From the NCBI GenBank assembly GCA_037379345.1, contig CM074513.1, forward strand, positions 6,448,001-6,512,000: DNA of 64,000 nucleotides. Reading direction: 5' to 3'. Under the pieces are notes generated by a model. It did not search any database, was not told the DNA's origin, and saw only the letters and a list, made by a program, of their open reading frames with translations. The position numbers and the translations under genes are program-made. Of the stretch, positions 1 to 13,172 are shown piece by piece. This stretch comes from Perna viridis. Taxonomy: Eukaryota. Numbering within the stretch: position 1 is the first letter of the stretch; every line of letters begins with the position of its first letter.

Positions 1-1566
1 TTAGGATTCACAATAACGAGAAGAAAATTACAATTTTAAGAAACGGCATTAAACAAATGTACCGAAAGTTTAAAACCTTAAAATGCAATAATGTCAAAAA
101 CAATCTGAACTAATAAAACAGGACTGTTTTTCATAAATTTGAAATTTACATATACAAAAATACCAATCAAATATATTGCAAATTTCGCTATGCTGAACAC
201 GTGTTTTAAGAAGCAAACCTAAGTATCAAATATAAAGGAAAATCTAAATCTATAAATGAATTATATACATAAAGTCAGTGTATAAAGAAAGTACTCAAAG
301 TCAAAACTTTCGAAACAGGACGCCCAACCTATCACCGAGAGGTTCTACAGTACGCAATACAAGGAATGAAGCCTCAGGAAAAGTATATTTTTGTAAATAC
401 AATAAAACCTATGTCATCTGAAAATTGAATAAAATTATTTGGAAAGATACATTTCTAAATTGATTATCCATATCCTTTTTTTGTATGTTTCTGAAACTGC
501 TTTGTTAACAAAAGCATACTTTTTTGCGTAAGAAGAACTTTTTCACTTAACGTGAGACTGAACTGAACTGAATATAATATTCAGTTTGATTGCCATTTTA
601 AATCACACTGGGTTAAACAAAAATTTCAAAAAAGTTAAGGAAGACTCGTTTTGATTTTCACACCCCCTGTTTCGCTGTAAAGATATCGGATTACTTGTAT
701 TGGTACAGTGCAAAATACTGTCGGTCGGAAAAGTAAACCGGATGATTATCATTGTTTAGCAAACAAATAAGAATACAAACACAGAAATTTGAGTCACATT
801 ACCAAAACATTCCATCCTACCTGACATTCTTGTTTAAAGAAAAATATCCTACAGCCTTCAGTAACACACAATATCTCGCGACACATCACAAACATTGACA
901 AGAATATGCATTGTAAGAATTTTTTCTACAACCATTTCGTTGCCAATTAACAAGTGGATTTTGGCTAAGAATAAACATAACAATAACTTTCCTTGGAGCA
1001 ATTGTCTGTGTTTAAATTATGAACCCATGGAAATGAAATGTACCTCTACAATGTGTTTAATTAGGCTCTATTTTCTCTGTAAACATAATTATCTTACTAA
1101 AAACAAAGAGTAATACTGTCTTATTGAAAAGAAATGTGTGGCCAAATGATTAAAATATCACATAACATAAGGAATATGCATTAAACACTAAGAACAAGTA
1201 CAACCAACTAAACGTTTGACATTCTCTAAACGTGAATACAAAACGAACATCGCTCGAAACGATTTATGACATACTTGATTATAAATGTATGTAATATGAT
1301 ACACAAAAACAAAAAGTGTCAATGTTCATCTTGAAATCTTAATAATAGATTAAAAAAAAACAAATACTAGTTATAGGTGAAAAAAAATCAATTTTAAGTA
1401 AATATTGCTAATTTCAGTATGATGTAAGGAGTAACCCCTCAAAAGCGTCTGATGAATGTTATGAATACCTAAATTCAGACGATATTCTTGTAACATACAC
1501 GCCACAACGGAAAAGTTGAACGGCTCATGAATTGTAAGATATTATTTGTTTGATATTTAAGTAGCA

Positions 1567-1682
1567 CTCCAGCTAAGAATCATGCAAAATGTGATTCATG
1601 GATAAAAAGCCTACATATTTTTATTTTTTATATTTTGTTTACATTGCCATAGTAAACAGAAATTAACATTCAGTTTTTCATA
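1567..1682. repeat. Dispersed repeat fragment; second copy at 8451-8568
   Basis: TAAGAATCATGCAAAATGTGATTCATGG...AAAGCCTACATATT...AACAGAAATTAACAT occurs here and at ~8458 in the same orientation. Confidence 0.8.
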
Positions 1683-1730
1683 TATAAAGACAGCTACTTA
1701 ATAAACATTTTGAATCCGACTATATAGCTT

Positions 1731-1970
1731 ACTGAAGACTAATAGAAATGTCCATGTGGTTAACCTGAAACATGTTCTCGCCATCATTAAAACGAGGTAT
1801 GATGCTCAGAACTGAAGACTAATAGAAATGCCCATGTGGTTAACCTGAAACATGTTCTCACCATCATTAAACCAAGGTATGATGCTCAGAACTGAAGACT
1901 AATATAAATGCCCATGTGTTTAACCTCAAACATGTTCTCACCTTCATTAAAACAAGGTATGATACTCAGA
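1731..1970. repeat. Minisatellite, 3 x 80 bp
   Basis: ACTGAAGACTAATA starts at 1731, 1811 and 1891; units are nearly identical. Confidence 0.95.
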
Positions 1971-2940
1971 AATAAACATTTCCACTGAAAGGCAATTGTT
2001 GAGAAAATTATATCTCAACCTATATCTATCATTATTGCTAAAAAGAAAACACGAAAATTGTCCAGACTATGATCTTAAATTTTATAAGAAAAAAATACTT
2101 CCAAAACAAGACACGGACAAACTTATGAAACATTTGTGACAGGATAAATAGTAGTTAAAAGATTTGTAGAAATAAGCATCAACAAAAAATTTATAAAAGT
2201 TTACAAAATTAAAGACATGAGCTACATGTACATGCAAAAACGTGTAGTGAAATTATAACAATCAGGTAAAAGAGTGACTGATACATTGGTAAGGTGAACG
2301 GTAGGATCGATCAGGGTTTCTTACCAGAAAATAGATTCATCATTTTATGCAACACTTGTCACTTGACTCAAAAGTTCAAATGGTAATTCGAGTAAAATCC
2401 AGGATAAGACTAGCATCAACGTTTTGCATTTGCATAATTCAACCTTGAAGAGACACTGTAAACATATTCCTTCTTTACCCCTGGTACCAAAGTTAACGCT
2501 TTGTCAATTCGAGTGGTTAAGTTACAAAGAATTCGACATCAATAATTCATAGACGTGCTTGGAGAGTGATCCGTCATTGAAATACCCCATAGAGGTATAA
2601 CGTTTAATTTTAATCGGAAAGAACGTTTAATAAACTGCTTCCGTACTTTCGACTTCCAACCTAGAAAATGTAAGTAGCACTACTAATAGAGCCAAACGGA
2701 ATTTCCTTTTTGGAACTTCGAACTTCTTGAAAGTTACATATATACTGAAATACAATTGATAGGTTGAAAACCCGAAGCTGTCAGAAAAATTCCAAATTAG
2801 CTTGATGTCACCAAAAACAATTTCGTTAATAGCATTACTTCAACAATTTATAAATAAAAACCTAACACCTCAGACGGAGTATTTGATACATGTCAAAACA
2901 TCTAGCACATTATGATATGAAAGAAAATAATAACTGTTCC

Positions 2941-3148
2941 GTTTCTAGAAAAGCAGAGGACGCTTACCCTACCGGTGCACCTGGTCCAAGCTCCCAGTTT
3001 TTGGTGGAGTCCGAGTTGCTCATTTGCTTTTGTTACTTTGTGTGTATGATTTTAGTTACTTTATGTTCTTTGTTGTGTATGTCTGTTTTCCATGTTTGGA
3101 TTTTGTCCCTGGATTACCGCTATAACCTTGGATCCTTTGATTACTCTT
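2941..3148 (+). mobile_element. Penelope-like retroelement 3' end (family A), 5'-truncated
   Basis: GTTTCTAGAAAAGCAGAGGACGCTTACCCTACCGGTGCACCTGG...TTGATTACTCTT; the same sequence follows the RT stop codon at 24404 (-), 16030 and 41492. Confidence 0.85.
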
Positions 3149-4060
3149 GCATACATAAGACTTGAAAATAACTGAAGAAATAACAGGACATATATCACCT
3201 CATTTAAAACTTAATACAAGACAGGTGTGAGCTAATGCTACAGAGAGGTACCCCGTAACGTTATGAAGTTAGAAGATAGAAACAAAAATGGATATGGCGG
3301 AACGCAAAAAAAATGTATCAGTGTATTATAACATAACGTGCTTCAAAGCTCTTCAGACCACAGCCATGGTAAAAAGTGATAAACACATGACTAACATTTC
3401 ATTCATCACATAGGCTGCGTTTTTTTTTTTTTTTTTTTTTTTTAAATATGCTATTGTTCAGGGTAAAACAATGCTACATAAATGGTCACCAAATAGTAAA
3501 ACAATGATAAAATGGAGTTTTCGTGATTAATTTCTTACTTAAACAAAATGATTGAACAAGAGTACAATACTTTGAATTAAGCTTCGAAACGCCCCGACAA
3601 CAAATGTAATAAAATTCACAGTAACAGAACGATGACTCTCCTTTAAATAAACTTGAAAGTAAAAAAAGACACAAATTCAAATTAATGACTCTGAACAGCC
3701 ACAGAAAGTTAAAGAATAATTCCAAATAAGTAAACACAAGAAAAATATATTGTAAAACAGAATTCAATTCATACTGCATGAAAAATGAATTACTACAATT
3801 AGCTTCTTCATGTGCATTGAAATATGGGCATCTATTACAATTGAAACAAAAACATGGATAATCGTCCGGCTATAACAATTGTAGTTATAGCTATATAAAA
3901 TACAAACACGTGTTATCATAAGATAATACATCCAAAGACTTAAGGGAAAAACAGAGACAATTCGAACCCTATTTTTACAATACATCACTTAAAATACGAT
4001 AACTACGTAGACCCCTTGCAAACCTAGATTATACTTTTACATTGAAAAATTGTGTTTTTA

Positions 4061-4255
4061 AAGAGTAATCAAGGAAACCAATGTTATAGCGGTAATCGAA
4101 AGAATGTAATCCAGGGACAAAGACCCGACATGGAAACAAACATACACAACAAAGAACATAAAGTAACTAAAATCATACATACAAAGTAACAAAAGCAAAT
4201 GAGCAACTCGGACTCCACTAAAAACTCGGAGCATGGACCAGGTGCACCGATAGGA
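4061..4255 (-). mobile_element. Family A Penelope-like 3' end, inverted copy
   Basis: Reverse complement of the 2941 and 16066 copies (AGAGTAATCAAGG...ATGAGCAACTCGGACTCCAC...GGTGCACCG). Confidence 0.85.
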
Positions 4256-4932
4256 AACTTTTAGAAGCAAAATATCGGTTACAGCATTAACACGCAAATA
4301 CTTTGAATATACTAGCAACAGAAGTCAGATCTTACTTAAGTTGTTGCAATCACCAATGTTTCGTGTGGTGTATCATCGCAGAAAAGAACTCATTGCATGT
4401 TCAATGCTCATTGACATTTATACCTACATTGAAATCAATAAAAGCGATGAATGTAAGTAACTTTTCCTTTGAATGATTGACAGCTGGAATTACAAGAAAC
4501 AATTCCAAGTGAGACAAAGAAAAGTGTTCGATTTACACCTAGGCTAACTCCATTTTGTCAGAAATATATATGTACATTGAAATACAAATGAATGTTGAAG
4601 CGCCAGTTTAAGGAAACTATCTTTCAAACTTTTTACTTAAAAGTTGATACCATTACATCGGCATAAACAATAGTTGTCCTACAGAAAATCTGAAAATGTG
4701 AAAAAATTAACAAGGTTAAAGGCAAATTTCTTGTTTCAAGAACACGTCCATTAAAACCTTTTCTTTCATTATTGTTTTTCCAATTGTACACAGGCTCAAT
4801 AATTTCACGATATTTTTACTAGAATATTATTTTTACCGTAATTGATAAAATTTGAAAAAATCTGTTGCAGATTTCAACTGAATTTGATGTGAATCGAGTC
4901 ATTACATGAATTTCACGTGAAACCAGTCTTTC

Positions 4933-5006
4933 AATGTCCGGTCTTTGTCCCTGGATTACATTCTTTTGATTACCGCTATAACATTGGTTCCCTTGATTAC
5001 TCTTGC
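4933..5006 (+). mobile_element. Family A extreme 3' fragment
   Basis: GGTCTTTGTCCCTGGATTACATTCTTTTGATTACCGCTATAACATTGGTTCCCTTGATTACTCTT. Confidence 0.8.
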
Positions 5007-7709
5007 ATGCGAATTTTGCACATATTGTTCATGTTAGTCAATTTCATGTGAACCTCGATACAAATGAATTCCAAGTTAGCAATACATATATATTAGCATG
5101 TAGTTCAAAACTTTCAGACTCGGCGTTTATATACATATTAAAAGATATATTAAAAAGTAAAAAAAGTAATGCTAGCAGGTAAATACCTTTTTATTTCGTA
5201 TACAATATGACGTACAATTACTAAACTTGCTCAGATACAGTGTTAAACTAGGCAAATGACCTTTTTCAGTTACAAAATGAAGGGAAATCAAAACCAATAT
5301 AACTAAAGTCTGCATGATCTTAACTTCTACTGAAATAGATCATTTTAACCTTTGCATTGGGGGAAAACCTTGTCAATGCAGGAATGTACATTTCTCATTG
5401 TCATTATATTGGCACTAGCTTTTAGCCTAGTCAATGCACACTTATTGCTCACATCAGCCATCAATAAAAAAGTCATCTTACAACAACACATCCTGCATTA
5501 ATAGCTTAAATATTGTTAATTCTTAGAAATAAAAGCCGGATAACACCGGTTGTAAACCTCCTGTTAAATGATTCGTTGGTAATTGCCAGGCGCCTTTGAT
5601 GGTAATCAATTTGTACTCAGGTTCAGGAGAGAATTGGAGTCGTATAAGACAAATGCTAGATTGTATGATTCCTGGGAATCTAACAGAATTTATAGTTGAT
5701 GGTCATTATTGCTTTGTTCCATTACAAGTGGGTAATTTTCTCTCAACAACCATCTAAGGAAAGAAAACCGTCAAGGTCAACTATATATATAATAGATATG
5801 TGCGTAGACTGACTATCTAATCAAAACTGTGGTTATATCATTTTTCGTATTGCAAAATTTGTTTTCGTGTAGACAACTCGGCCGGGGTGTTCTAAAAAAA
5901 AAACAGGGGATGTACACTGTACCATACATGTGGTTAATACTCTTAAGTTTTTGTGGAATCCGGGTCGGGTTGCTTTACTTCATAATTTAGATTCTGTGTG
6001 AATTTGTTTCGTAAATTTGTGTTTTATGTGTTTTTTTTATTGGTCTAGTTTTTGTATCCGTATTATGGATACCGGGTTCATCGGTTTAATAGACAATAAC
6101 AGGATATTGACACGAAATAATACGGATTAGGCTTTGAATCGCGGTAAAATGCGAGGCTACGACGATTTTTTTACTATAAAATATCGTTTATATTTCTAGT
6201 TAATATACTGCTATTGTCTTTATACCGCAACTCTGATACTTGTTTTAATCAGTATAATATTTAAATAGATGTGTTTATTACACTTCGGTGCCCCTCCCCC
6301 CCACCCCCGATAGAAACACTACGACAAGCAGGTACTAGTAATTCATTCAAGAGTAGAATAGGAGGCGGTGCTAAAGTAATATACTGTCAGTGACCGTGTA
6401 TCATCACGGTCTCTCTGCTATAACCACTTAACAGTAATACGAGTATGTCCGTGTAGAAGTAGTATATAAACATACATAAACACAGTATCAAATATCATGC
6501 AAAATCATCAATACCATGTATGTTCGGTTGAAGTTATTTCAACGTATGATTAAATGTATATGTAAAGAAAGCAACAGACAAAAATATAAAGTATTTCGCG
6601 TGACATCGCAAGTCTAAAATATCTTGAGAAAGTAAGAACAAGTGCACTTTAGATGATAAGCTCCATTCTAGCCTTCCAAAGAAATGCTGATGTAAAAATC
6701 TTTTAATTACAAAATTTAATATCAACAGAGAATCTATAAATGTCCTTATATTTGATTTATTAAAACGTTTCTGCAACAAATTATTGATTTTGCATGTTAT
6801 TTTAAGGGCTACAGACAAAAAGCAATGGCAACAGCCCTCAAGTGAATTCAACTAAAAGCCTTTGATGACGTCATCACGTATATTACATAGCTGGTCTTGA
6901 ATGAATGAGAATCAATTCGAAGATTTACTGGGAAATAGACCGAGAAGCACAAGTAATGATACACGTCAAAAATTTAAAGACAAATTTGAAAAAAAATAGT
7001 ATTTGAAATAAAGAAAGAGAATAAAACACAATGCAAACGTGAAGCTGTGATTAAAAATCACTTCCAAAAATGACATGGACAATTATAAGTGACAAACAAA
7101 ATAGTAAATTAAAAAGATATATAAAAAGTAAAAACAGTCTCGAAACTTCCATGTGGATACTTGATGTGCATACACATGGTAGGAATTATATTTAAAAAAA
7201 GTTTAATTTAAAAAAAACACCACTTAGATCTACGAAAACAGAGGTTATATTTTATATAAAAGACTGCATTTACTTATACGAGCTTATTTCTACAGTCAAA
7301 ATATTTGTAATTGAATATAACAGAGAACAAATAAACTGATGACCAATCAAGGCCACATCATGAAATAAAACAGATGCTTAAAGTCGTTGTAAAAGACTTT
7401 TAAACAAAGCAAGCTAAACAAAGTTGAATACCGTAAACAAGGGTTTCTTTTCTACAGAGATGGTTTAATCATTAAAAAACGATTGCTATACATTATTATC
7501 ATCCAGTATAATATTCAATACCAACCATAGTATAAATACATCTAAACTGCGAGTACCCAAATCATACATAAGAGATAGTAAGAAAATTACACAGGTAAAG
7601 TTATGAAAGATTTTCACTTCCAATCTTAACCATACATAGAGAGTTCACTTTCCTCAATCTATCCTCATTGCCAAAAAACATCCTCCATCCCCTACTGTCC
7701 AATTGCAAT

Positions 7710-8290
7710 GTATAAGGACTGTTTTATACCTATTCTACGTCCAGGACACAATTGAATAAAAGGTTTACATCCATTTAAGGACTGTTTTTTTATCTATCCA
7801 CATTCCAGGACCCCACTACTAAGAAGGTTCACCTCTATTTCAGGACTGTTTTATCCCTTTTCCAAATCTAGGGACAACATTGCGTACAGGGTTTACATTT
7901 TTAAAAGCTGTTTTATCTTTATTCCTCAGTCTAGCACACCCTAGCTGTGAGAGTTTACCTTTTTAAGTGCTTTTTTTTACCTCTATTCCACATCCCAAGA
8001 TCCCATTGCTTAGAAGTTTTAGCACTTTAAGAAATGTTTTATCCCTATTTCTCAGCCCAAAACACCATTGCTTAGAATGTTTACCATTATTTAAGGACTG
8101 TTTCATCACTATTTAACATCCCTGGACACCATTGTTTTGAAGGTTTACCTTCATTTGAGTACTGTTTTATCCATATTCCACATCCCAGAACACCATTGCT
8201 TAGAAGGTTTACCTTTTTTCAAGGACTAATTTATCCCTATTCCTCAGCCCACATATCATAGCCTATATGGTTTAGTCCTTTTAAGGGTTG
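7710..8290. repeat. Degenerate minisatellite, ~61-bp unit, ~9-10 copies
   Basis: Recurrent TTAAGGACTGTTTTATCCCTATTCCACATCCCAGRACACCATTGCTTAGAAGGTTTAC. Confidence 0.85.
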
Positions 8291-8450
8291 TTAAAAGAGT
8301 TGTTAGAATAATTCCCTTGGTGCCAGTAGAATGTCGCGACTAATAGCATTTAAAATATACATTTGATTAAACGATGAGCCTGTCAGTGGTAAAATAACAA
8401 TCCAGAAATGTTGAAAACAAAAGGAGACCACAACAAGAAATTAACTAGTT

Positions 8451-8568
8451 CTCCGGGTAAGAATCATGCAAAATGTGATTCATGGTTGTAAAGCCTACAT
8501 ATTCTTATTTTTGATATTTTGTTTCATACGTTATAGTTAACAGAAATTAACATGTGGCTTTTCATATA
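8451..8568. repeat. Dispersed repeat fragment (copy of 1567-1682)
   Basis: Direct match to 1567-1682. Confidence 0.8.
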
Positions 8569-10848
8569 ACCTGTGCTCTTAGGAGATAAAAATTATATAG
8601 AATGTACTGTAGAATTCAAAATTAAGGGAGATAACTCTGTAGATGACACTAAAATACAATAGAAACTATTGGATTTTCGATGTGGATTATTTTATAACAG
8701 CAGACAGATTGAAATGAATGATAATACTTTTCATCATATAGACCTACAAAATAACTTTATAACAAATATAAGAATGTGTCGCCTTTTTAGGCGTATCACA
8801 TATTACAGAATTTGATTCGTACAAAGACTGTTACTTAAAAATGAATCGTAACAAAAGAACAGGACAAAAGCAAACCGTTTACCGATTGAATTTAAGTATT
8901 TAAAATTTCTGAAAAAATTGAAACAATTACATTGAAATGTAAGAATAAAATAACTGCCAAATTGTTTTCATGGGTATGATATTAATGATATTATAGAAGA
9001 TATCTTTAATTACTGAAATAGTACAATGTACTTCTATTCGTGATTATCGTTTTTGTGGTTCTTTAAAATTTTATTAATTCCCCTGAGATCCGTGAATTTC
9101 TTTACTAAGTTTTCAATGAATATTTTACACTTGGTTGAAATTCTGAAATCGTGGTTTGGCAATTTCTCGAAAACAGCTAAACCTAGTACTCAATTAAAAA
9201 TTAACATTATTGAGTTTACCACAAAAATAAACTACATCGTATTTTTACATTGTCCTGCATATTCTTTTCTCTTACCGTATGCACACGCACCGCGTTAATT
9301 GGTCCGTATATAATCATAACTTAAAAATAACCAACATTAATAATGACAAGGTATAAATGAAATGGAATCATATTTTTTCAGGTACTGGATAAAATATGAC
9401 TTAAGATAGCTTTGCTATTGGTTAAAATGTTTTCCAAGCAGACTTAGTAAATAAATGTGTCATCGGTATTCACAATAAATCAAGATAATGTCTTGCTTCC
9501 CGCGCTCTAAGAAAGATTTTCACTATTGGGAATCTCTCTTTAATCATGACCAATTCAATGCAAAAGAATTCTTTAGTGGCTCCTGTGGTTTCTTGGTAAA
9601 CGAAACGAAACGAAACGAGAATGTAATTGACAGCACGTTTTTCATTAGTATCTTTTTTGTAAAAACTTTATCATGTTAGCTAGTAATTGTCAAATATTGT
9701 GAAAAATTCCATCTTCAATCACTTGACGAAAAACCAGGTAACAATTCATAAAAAAGTGATAGACGCTTTCATTTTTTTTCTGCTGATCAATGAATTAAGA
9801 ATATTAGATAATTAGCAGAGATTTAGAGATAAAAAATTCCAGCTAAAACAATTCTGAGATAAACAATACAGAAATCATATAGTTTTACGAGTATTGGATG
9901 TTTGGACATTAAAGGAACATGTGAAGTGATAACCTAAGTCACATGGGATCGGAACAGGAAGTCTGTTGTTATTTTTTTTTTTCTTCGATCGATACTGTGG
10001 TCGGTTTCACCCCATCTCTGTCCATTTCATATTCAATACCTTTTTTTGAATTAACGGGTTTCTAGACAATTATGCTTCTAAACAGACCTGACATCGACTG
10101 TAAAATTTCACAGATAAATGTCTTTTCACATTTATGCATTCCAGTTGTTCGGAGATAAGAGTTGACATTTCTGATGCATTTAACGTCATAGGAGGTTTGA
10201 CGTCTAATCTATAGTGCGAGGAGAAATGAAAATGTTGGTGTAACATCAATACTTTACAGATACGGTTCCAGCAAGATTCAAGAATGTATTGATCCAGGAT
10301 GCCGAAAGGAAAGTGAGGAAAAACCGACAAGAGTAACGCATTGATTATACAGTATAGAAATCCGGAAACAAAGGTAATTTAAAATATGACAGAAGTATTT
10401 TGTACTAAAGCCAAAGAGTAAAACACAAATTGAAATCGAGATAAAATGCTTCAATCTTGGAAGATTGGACTAGGGACTTAGTTTTGTTCTTATTTGATGA
10501 CTTTTACTTTGATACACGCATTAAGTGTTCATGAAATACAAAGGCAGTAGGTGGCACTTGCCAAATTTTGTTTTAAAAAGTTTTCATTCATAAGAGATCA
10601 TAAACTCATGTATCTCTATTTATAAAAAAAAGTGGTGGGGTAAAATTCACGATGTTGCCAACCATAGCACAGGGTCTGCCTGCTCTCCACATGTTTAAAC
10701 AATCTCTTAATATCATAATTAAATGCACTGCTCTGCAATTTGATAACATTTTAAGCTGGTATTTTACAGTTAAAATGGAGTGGTAAAGACTATTCCAGAC
10801 ATTCGGTCTAGTATTGCAACTGAACAAGTCACTAAATCCGGTTTTTAA

Positions 10849-11230
10849 GTGTCAGTTTCTGTAAGAATCAGACAATGGTGAAACATGGTATGAAAAAACA
10901 TCATTTTGATAGTGTAATTAGACTATTCGCACCAACAGCATCAAGGAAAATAGACAAGCTTGTCCATATCATTTTGGCAAAATGAGTAATAATTCCATTG
11001 AAATGCACTGAACGTGAACATTCCAAGGGCAGAGAACTCTGTCAAAAACCTCATTTTTTTTAAATTCTATTGAAAAATTTCAGAGCAATGCTAGTGATGC
11101 AGAGATCAAATAATGGTCTTTTAGAGAAAGTATCCTTGAGTGATCGATATTACATTGTCAGATCCGTGGGGTTTTGACATGCATGTTTTTGATTTTTCCC
11201 ATTTTGCCTGATTCTTTCAAACACGTACAC
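10849..11230. mobile_element. MITE, TIR family B subfamily 1
   Basis: Left end TTAA|GTGTCAGTTTCTGTAAGAATCAGACAATGG; right end CCCATTTTGCCTGATTCTTTCAAACACGTACAC|TTAC. An inverted partial copy lies at 50715-50812. Confidence 0.65.
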
Positions 11231-11579
11231 TTACGAGCCCTTCGTTCACATTTCACTTCGTATACATTTCCATTTGGTTTAATTTTCACATAGTTTTCAT
11301 TTTCACCTATAGCTATTTTATATTTTGAATTTGTACACAAAATCCTCGTGGTTGAAATTTCAATGAGAAATTTATTTCAAATTTGACTACATATTTCCAC
11401 CTGTGGAACTTCTCTATCAATCGTTTCCATTTCCGAAATTTATACAATTGTCATTTTTGTATGTAATAACAACTGGGTCGATTCCATTTCTGGTGGACCA
11501 AAGGTTTTAACAAACCCAGTAGTTAGACTTGCCTGCCACCGAATTATATCGTATTACTTATCAAAATTTACAGTGTTAA

Positions 11580-11957
11580 ATACCATTTTGTGTAAGAATT
11601 GGGCAATGGGTGCCACATCATATTCCTCATTTTGGTCTTTTTGGCCTGAAATACATTCAGAAAACAATTGAAAAGCTTTTTAAATTTATCTTGAAGCATC
11701 TGTGACGTAGATATTTTTGACTGCCCATATAAGGGAAAAGTACGGAAAAATTTTCCTGCCATTTTTCTGTGGTGCATTTTAACCAAATTTGACCTATCAA
11801 TATTTTAAAAAGGCAAATTTTAGAAACACTCTGATGTTCATTTCTGGAGGTTATCATGTATAAATACTTGGTTAATGCAATACAATCTCTGCGTTTTTTT
11901 TTTCTTCATGTGCAACACCTTATACCCATTTTGCCTGATTCTTAGACGGAGAAGTAC
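11580..11957 (+). mobile_element. MITE, TIR family B subfamily 2, TTAA-flanked
   Basis: TTAA at 11576-11579 and 11958-11961; imperfect ~33-bp TIR (TAAGAATTGGGCAATGGG / CCCATTTTGCCTGATTCTTA). Full inverted copy at 25809-26194. Confidence 0.8.
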
Positions 11958-12686
11958 TTAAACATTCTAAACCCCTTAAGCACTAAGGCTTCATTCCTTG
12001 TATTGCACACATTAGATGGTGCAGTACATGGATACAAAATCTCGAGTACATCTAGGTTTCAATATTACCTCGTTTTTCTGGTTTGATTTGTGTTTATTTT
12101 TTTGGCCTACATGGTGACGTAAATAAATATCGTATTTATAATCGGGGATTATAATTTTATTTTATATGCCTACAAATTAACCGATTTCTTTCCTTTTCTC
12201 TTACAAAAAGAATTTTACAATCATTTAGAGATAATGCATAACATCATTAGAGGGTATTTTCTTGTTTGAAGCAATATCATAAGCATTGTTTTTTTTTAGG
12301 ATGATGGATTTCCCAATTTACTTTTTCATAAGTATTTTCACGTAATGTCTATATAACTTTCATTTTATTGCGTATTAAAAAAAGTATAAATGTATCCATA
12401 AATCTATTTTGGGTGGTGCTGCTGGTGGAGCAGGATATGCCGGAACACCCGATGTCACTTCCGGTATTTTGTGGAATTTTTTAGTGCAACTGTTGTAGTT
12501 TTGTGTGTTACGTTTTTATTTAGCTATCTTCAGTTTTTATTCGGTTCCCTTTGTTTTTTGTAGATCGTGTTTAGATCATTCCTGTTTTCGTGTTTAGGCC
12601 ATGTTCTTTGATTTGGATCCATCTGAATTGTCCCATTATTGATGTTTCCGTATTTTTTTTGGCCGATATCTATTACGGTCAGTTAA

Positions 12687-12891
12687 GGAGGTAGACCTAG
12701 GGTAGGGGGCACAACTCTTAAAAATCATTGGAAGGTTTGTATTCAGCATTTAACATCATCAATCTTATGTAAGCATCTAATTCATTTTATTCTGCTTCAA
12801 TGGAAAACTTGAGAGGCTCTGGTGAAAATGAAAATGATACAAACATATCACTGATTTCATGAGTTATGTCCCTTACCCTAGGTCTACCTCC
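12687..12891. mobile_element. Kolobok-like MITE (TTAA TSD, GG-start TIR)
   Basis: TTAA|GGAGGTAGACCTAGGGTA...TACCCTAGGTCTACCTCC|TTAA. A TTAA TSD with RR termini fits Kolobok better than piggyBac (CCY). Second copy at 21713. Confidence 0.85.
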
Positions 12892-13029
12892 TTAAACTTC
12901 AAATTTGGAAATACATTCAGTCTAAGCGTAATCAAGGGAACCAAGATTCGAGTAGAAATCAAAGAACATATTCGAATCATAGACCGGTAGGGTAAGCCTC
13001 CTAACATTTCTATAGTAACATTCAATCGA

Positions 13030-13172
13030 AAAGCCAAATCTTGGTCACATCAGACAGGTGTTCTTTATATAGAGGTTAATTTTACATAGAATACACTAGA
13101 TAGAGATGTTTTAAATCGATCTTAAAATACAGTGCTGAATACCGGTGGTTGCTAAGACATTTTCAACTGTAA
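13030..13172. mobile_element. Partial Tc1/mariner-type MITE
   Basis: Internal AGACAGGTG / ACCGGTGGTTGCTAAGACA subrepeats, ending TTTCAACTG|TA. Confidence 0.45.

Noticed and set aside
2890-3165. ORFs with SRKAEDAYPTGAPG (also 16066-16317, 41432-41623 and antisense versions)
   Set aside because: They are translations of the family A non-coding UTR; frames and stops differ between copies.
10260-10373. Plus-strand exon between TTTACAG and AAG|GTAATT
   Set aside because: The frames I translated contain stops and no partner exons were found; it could only be non-coding.
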